64,000 bases of DNA, taken from Perkinsus chesapeaki ATCC PRA-425 (lineage: Eukaryota > Protista > Perkinsozoa). The notes below the pieces were generated by a model, which worked only from the letters and a program-made list of their open reading frames with translations, did no database searches and was not told where the DNA came from. The position numbers were made by a program, and so were the translations under genes. Positions 57,721 through 64,000 of the stretch are shown one piece after another; position 1 is the stretch's first letter, and every line of letters begins with the position of its first letter. Location of the stretch: NCBI GenBank assembly GCA_013115145.1, contig JAAPAO010000044.1:1-64000 (forward strand). Direction: 5' to 3'.

Positions 57721-60700
57721 GTATTATGCTAATCTCGGAGAAGGCATGGACTTTCGCTCCATGTCACCTGGGGTACGCTGCGTATTATACCCACTTCCCC
57801 GGTGGCGGCGGCCTTCAACTGAAGATGTATGTGTTAAATGATGCATCTCTATTGAATAGATTCGATCCTTTGGTTATAGATTATATATTTACTGTTGGTA
57901 GTACTAGGATCTGACCTTGATGTTGCAACAGTGTTGATATTTCAGATGGAATACATGCTGGTTCGTATGGCTGAGGGAGAGCCACCAAAACCATATTACA
58001 AAGCAGATGAACTCATTTCCATTTTGAAGAAGGGAACTGGCGATATTTGGAGGCCAGAGTAAGGAGGAATCTTTTGTTTTATGAGATGCATGGTTAACCT
58101 TGAGATACGCTTCTTACATGGTCGAAGCAGTATCCGATCCCGCGTTGGATCTTGTCCAGCCAGATTTCTCTGCCACAGTTTTCCGCAGTCTTCGTGACCG
58201 CCGACGACTAATCCAAGAAGTCTTGCCTGATGGCGTCGAGCTCGCCAGCGTTGCCGCCTTCCCTACCTTGGGAGCTTCCTACACTCACGAAGGGGAAGCC
58301 CTTGGGGGGAAGGCATCCAAGAGCATTATGGTGCCGGAGAGCGTTATCACGCCTCATGCGAGGTTTCAAACTCTGACTAGAAGTGTCAGGAAACGTAAAG
58401 GAGCTAAGGTAAGAAGGAGGGAGGCTACTGATAGAGACGCTCTTGCTTTTGGCAAAGCTCAGTTTGACTTAATTATTATCATTTTTCGGCGGAGCGGAGC
58501 TTTTTCCTTTTGATAATGTATAAGAGGTGGATTTTATAGAAGTATGGTATGCGGATTACATTAAATACAATATAGATAATATTGTAATTAGATTACCTAT
58601 CGATATTATAATAACATATAAATACGATGTGATAAAATCAAAATATAAGTCTAATTTACAGGATCTCACCTATCAATGCCGCCGCCGTCGCAGAGCTGGA
58701 AATCTTTTTTTTATTAGCTTTTATTGAAGCTTTAGAGCCCCTAGTGGGGAACGTGGCTATAAGTGAAATGATGATGCTAGTTGTTGTTGTTTTGAAATAG
58801 AGTGTTATCAGGTTTGTATATCGGCTCCACTTTATAAAGACAAGAATACTTCTGAATGGGGTAGTGTGGAGTATGATGCAGATTTGTCGCCATGGGAAGT
58901 ACAGCAAAAAGCTGGAAATGATATGAACCCATTGAAGGGAAGGATCTATATGGATGCTACCGTTTTTGGGTTCGGTCAGAGCTGCCTCCAGGTGAGCGGT
59001 AATTGGGAACGAATAGCAATCGCCGGAATTGTTGTCCTAGAATCTATCGTATATCTTCATGTGTACATCTTGGAAGCGCGGGAAATAGTGAAACGGTTGA
59101 TCGATTTGTCATGTTGTCGAATTTGGATATGTCGATAACCGGTGAAGGTCTGATTATCCGATCTGAAGTATCGATTAAGATATTATTTGTTGTGCGTTGT
59201 GGATGTCAAACAGAAACACGGTGTAGTTCTATACTGTTGAGCTTCTGTTTAGCACTCCAGATAGTACGATATATTGCATCGTACTGTTGAACTCCGATTA
59301 TTCTCGAGCGAAGTGTCACATGCTCAACATGCATTATTTCATATACCACCAATTTTCATTACCTCCGCTAATGATATCATTCCACAACAGGCGGTAGTGA
59401 TGAGGAAGCTTGGAAATATCTGTATTATATAATGCTTCAAGGTCGTTGGAGTTTCATAATCAAATTCACCTCGACAGTGCTGTTCCGAGTGAGACGAACT
59501 TTCAGGCGCAGAATTTCCCTGGTTGGCTATTCCCGTGTATTCAGGCTACTTTCGAAGCAGCTAGCTTGGACACTGCAAGAGCTCTTCATGACCAGTTCTG
59601 TGTGGTAGCACCATTGTTCATGGCCTTGGCCGCAGCAGCGCCATTTCAGAGAGGTAGAGGAGGAGTTGCTCTTGTTTTGCATTATCAGCTTTATTGTCAG
59701 GTTTAGTGTCGGATTATGATGTCCGTTATCAGTTATTAAATCAATGTGTTGATGATAGAACTGTTGATGAAGCCACAAGGGGGAGTGATGTGTATAAGCA
59801 ACAAGGAAGGATGCCTGAGGTCGTACACAGGTAAGCAGTTACAGTAGATGCGCTATACCGAGTAACTGAAAGATCAATCGCAGCTCGCCCTCTGTAGGGC
59901 AGGTGCCATTCCACGACCACCAGCTTATGCGTCTTGCCTAGTCCACTTGTACTCAACCGACTCCGCGCATAAACCAGCGGACAAAAATTGTCCGCCTTTC
60001 TCTTCTACCTGGCATCTCCTTCTTGGGGCTGTAGGATGTGGTTTTTCTGGGTAGACTTCAAGATTTGCAACAACTTGGATGTTGCAGTTGACAGTGCTCT
60101 TTGTTCGTTACCAGGGTACGTCATGCGAATACGAGACTTCCAGGTCATCGGAGTCTGAATCATTTGAAATATCAGTCGTCTGCTTAGCGCCAGTGTTCTG
60201 ATCAAACTACCTTGCACGGACTTCAACTATTGAATATCGTCCTTGAACTATTTTCCCATTTTTCCATCAGTTTCTCTCTGTTATCAGGTATGTAAGTAGA
60301 TGTGCTGAAGCTGTTAAGATGTCGGACTTGCCCGTTGAGCATCGTTCTGATCAAAAACTAAGGTTACTCGAAGCCGGTATGGATGAGCCTTTGGCGGACT
60401 TCATGGCCTATTGCTTCTACCGGTACGTACCAACTTTCCGTCTGATCATGCTCGGTATATCACTTATCCTCTTTCCTCGCCGTCGGGATATATCTCTATG
60501 AATAGGCTCGCTGTTGCTGGTTGCTATATCTATGTTTCAACATGCCATTCCTAAGTACAAAGCAGATCTAGGAACTCAGTATTTTGCGAGACGTACGGAT
60601 TAATTGTACCGTATGATAACATTCTTATGAATCAGTAGTAATAGCGATCATTCAAGTGTGGGAGGTTGTTGTTGTTGTTGATCCCAATGAAAAATGTGTA

Positions 60701-61894
60701 GTCGAAGAAAGCAGAATGGGCTACCTTATCAAGACAGATTCTTTCCTTTATTTCAGTGATCCGATGATTGTATTCCAAGAGCGGATTGACCTCGACAACA
60801 GTGTCTCCACGGAGCACTTCGAAGGCATGTACTCTACTCTCTGGCCGATCGTAAGTCACTGGTCCTTTCACCGCGGTGGCATTCTACGGTCCTATTGATT
60901 CAGGTTCGTCTGAAGCCACCTCCGCCAGCTCAAGATGCTATTCATTGGCGAGTCGAGATGCGAACTCCGGATGTTCAATTGAGCGATTTTGAAAATGCCG
61001 CGTTTGTTACTGTTACCGCCCTGCTCGCTCGAGCCATTCAAAGACGAGCAACTAGCGCAGATTGCTGTGCCGGTGGGCAGGTAGGAACTGCTTGAGTTGG
61101 TGGGAATGATTTCAAAAGTTTCCAGTCCGAAATTGAAGAAGTCTTAAATCGAATTGGAGTTCTTGTAAAGCGATGTGTTTTCAGGTATCTGAGTTAATTC
61201 CGATTTCACTGTTACTCGATAATATGCGTCGCGCGCACCGAAATGACGCTGTTAGAAAGCAGAAATTCTGGTGGAGTTTCAGAGGGGATATTCAAGAACG
61301 GACCATGGAGGAAATTTGGTAAGTAAAAGTACAACTGCAAATAACAAGGTTCATACCACTTGTTGCTGCTTTCCCCTCGACTCTATCGTATTTCCTATCG
61401 TGTCTCTATTATACTATTTCCCTTTACTATCTCTTCATCGAGCTTTTTCTCGAGGAACATATTTTCGTTCTGAGCTACTGCTACTCGAAAAGCAGTGCAT
61501 TTCCATCTCAGGTGCGTTCCTGGGGGTCTGTTGGACGTTTGCCGTAGCGAGCTGTCCAAGGGCTTCTCGGGCGCCCCCTGTTGTGGTTCGGTCGGTGGCG
61601 GTGATAGCACACGCGCCGCAGCGGCCAACGCTGAACGATTTATAGACTTTTTGGAAGCAAGAATAAAGGGAAAGGTGGGAACGCGTTTCGTCACGCGCCG
61701 CGAAATTATTTTTTCAGGTCATCACTGGTGCCCAGTTTTTGAGGAACAGATTGTTTGTGTCCAAGAATTATCATGACGATTCTGTCATCGGGCCCGAGGC
61801 TGCGAGAGAGATAATGGAGCTCTGTGTGAAGATGGGCAACACTGAAACAGTCGAAGAGCTCCGACGCATCGCACCAGAAATGTTTGTATATTAA
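57127..61894 (+). CDS. GCLC: Glutamate-cysteine ligase catalytic subunit (gamma-glutamylcysteine synthetase)
   Basis: MGFLDAYTP start, LKWGDE|MEYML, WRPEYASYMVEA, IYMDATVFGFGQSCLQ|ATFEA, VRLKPPP...WRVEMRTPDVQLSDFENAAF. TAA 61892-61894. Confidence 0.95.
57661..57720. repeat. (ACT)20 microsatellite inside a GCLC intron
   Basis: Perfect 60-bp trinucleotide run. Confidence 0.98.
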
Positions 61895-62042
61895 CTTGAG
61901 TGTCGATCTGTACATAATAACACTACCCCCATCTTTTCCCTCATCAGTGAGAACTATATTACTCCCGCTTTTACTGCTAAAGCTGATGATGCCAGTAGAC
62001 TACTGGCAGTAATACTGGTATCATCACTGGTCTAGTCCCCGT

Positions 62043-62378
62043 ATTACTCCTGTGACCAGTACAACAGCTACTACTACTANNNNNNNNNNNNNNNNNNNNN
62101 NNNNNNNNNNNNNNNNNNNNNNNNNNNNNNNNNNNNNNNNNNNNNNNNNNNNNNNNNNNNNNNNNNNNNNNNNNNNNTATTAGTACTCCTGTGACCAGTA
62201 CAACAGCTACTACTATTAGTACTCCTGTGACCAGTACAACAGCTACTACTATTAGTACTCCTGTGACCAGTACAACAGCTACTACTACTATTAGTACTCC
62301 TGTGATCAGTACAACAGCTACTACGACTATTAGTACTCCTGTGACCAGTACAACAGCTACTACTACTATTAGTACTAC
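62043..62378. repeat. 36/39-bp ACT-rich minisatellite spanning a 98-N gap
   Basis: Unit ATTAGTACTCCTGTGACCAGTACAACAGCTACTACT(ACT). The Thr-rich frame has an upstream TAA (62010-62012) and no ATG before the gap. Confidence 0.92.
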
Positions 62379-62428
62379 TCTATCTGATGCACCAGCTATA
62401 TACTTCTCATTTTTCATCGTCTTAGTTT

Positions 62429-64000
62429 ATGTCAACGGTTCGCTGTATTGCCGCCGCTGATCACTTCATCGCATTAGCGAGGATACTTGTGTGTTGCGTT
62501 GGAGTTACACGACCCTTCGGTAGTGATGATCCTACGGTTAACAGTTTAAATGAATTTCAATTCTGATGCTCCCCAATACAGGGCAACATTCGTGTCTTTT
62601 CACACATCCAACTTTGTCACTCGGTACACTCTGACCATCTCACCGGCGAACGCCCCGTTCAAATGGCAGATTGTCAGACGATACTCGGAGTTCTTGGAGC
62701 TGCGACAGATGCTGACTCTTGCCCACCCACTGCAAGTGCCGAAGATTGCTTTCCCTGAAAAGATCCTGTTTGCGTCGATGGCACCTGACCGCATTCTCAC
62801 TGACCGTGCACTGGCTTTGACCAATTGGTTGAATGAGATTCTCACTGTGGTTGAGCCGGACCCGATGTCTGTTGCTCTGAGGCAATTTCTAAATTTATTC
62901 CAACCATGCAAATCGCTTCCACCTGACATGACAATCGGGCTTGATAACAGTCCAGTAGGGCCGCCTGTCCGCAGCTGCGATGGCAGAACGCTCTTGGTAC
63001 AACCATTGCCTGTTTATGTCTTCTCCTTCCTCCAGACGAGAGATGCCTCAAAGCTCGCTATGGTGTGCAAAGGCTTCTGGCGCGCCTCTAGCGATCCACT
63101 GCTATGGTCCAGCACTGGACTTGAGTTCTCCTGCCCTGATCTTGAGCGTCGACAGCAAGGCCTTATACGAATACTCTACAGAGCAGCCTCGACACTTCCC
63201 GAGTTGGTGCTCAATATAAGGTTTAATGGAACTCCTAGGATGCGCCAGTCCTTGCCCATGAGCATGCACTTTAATCATCTTACTAGCTTGTGCATGCGTA
63301 CAAGAGACAGTGCGTCCTACCAACTTTTCTGCGAAGTATTGGACAGTGTGTGCTCCTCCGACTATATGCCACTGCGCACGCTAAATCTCACCGGTCCTAT
63401 CGATCTGGACTGCCTCCGTCCAATTGATGAAGTTGCTAAGCAGCTCATCAGTCTTCGTTTGACGTGGATAGATAGTCCTCGGCTGGGGTTCGTGGACTTG
63501 CCTGAAGAGGTATGCTTTACTATCGAGGATCTCCTCGAGAAGTCGGTATCATTGCGGTCCCTGGCCATGTTAGCTGAAGATGAGACCAGGCTTCGACGAA
63601 CAGCTTTTAGCGACCTAATAGCAGTTGTGGTGAAGCTTCCTCTGTTGGATTCTTTCGAGTGCGATTTTGTCGATGACGACCAGCTTATGAATGCACTGTC
63701 TCTACCGCAGGCATCCTTGAGGCCGATCGTAATGCATATGACCGGACTCAGAGCGGCGCCTAATATCCGAGTCAACGCCTTCGCTCAGTTGCTTACTAAG
63801 CTGAACTCGAATTTGATATCACTTCACTTGGAGGAGTTTCAGAATCCCACTCAACGGTGGATGTTCCAAGGCGTTATTTCCCCGCCTATTTACACCATCA
63901 GTGACAGTGTACACTTCTCCCATTTGACTGACCTCACTCTCACTGCTGTCGCACCGTTGGCAACACCGGGCCTGGCAGCCTTGGTCGAGGCCACATCGGA
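62429..64000 (+). CDS. PX-domain + F-box + LRR-like protein, 3' end outside window
   Basis: Exon from 62582 is open to the window end. PX: WQIVRRYSEFLELRQML..P..FPEKILF...RALALTNWLNEIL. F-box: LPVYVFSFLQTRDASKLAMVCKGFWRASSDPLLW. Then LRTLNLTG / LISLRLT / LISLHLEE / LTDLTLT repeats. First exon tentative. Confidence 0.8.

Noticed and set aside
62191-62460. Thr-rich mucin-like ORF, and its antisense Val-rich ORF 61977-62417
   Set aside because: Both are translations of the 36-bp minisatellite. The Thr frame has an upstream stop, no ATG and no signal peptide.

Overview
Gene-dense eukaryotic DNA with many 40-60 nt GT-AG introns and expanded lineage-specific families, most consistent with Perkinsus (Alveolata); the taxon is inferred from gene style only. 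Recognisable genes are a DGAT2-family acyltransferase, a frameshifted A1 aspartyl protease, an ALMT/FUSC-type transporter, a macro-domain protein, VWA8, V-ATPase subunit D, cytosolic TyrRS, glutamate-cysteine ligase and a PX-F-box-LRR fusion running off the right edge. A tRNA-Arg(ACG) is nested antisense in a VWA8 intron. A complete young LTR retrotransposon (30129-34803) has 189-bp LTRs with one mismatch, a 5-bp TSD, a tRNA-type PBS and a -1 frameshift signal (GGAUUUU plus H-type pseudoknot). A MULE-like transposase remnant and several mini/microsatellites are also present. The most striking unexplained signal is a recurring non-coding scar: first 7 nt of an 8-mer + reverse complement of the 8-mer + last 7 nt of the 8-mer (22 bp, net +14 bp). 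It occurs perfectly four times, with one mismatch three times, and in at least four compound forms, with a hotspot at 37.2-38.0 kb. This geometry is what hAT-type excision predicts when both flanking hairpins are opened and rejoined through the 8-nt microhomology created by the TSD. No hAT element was recognised in the window.
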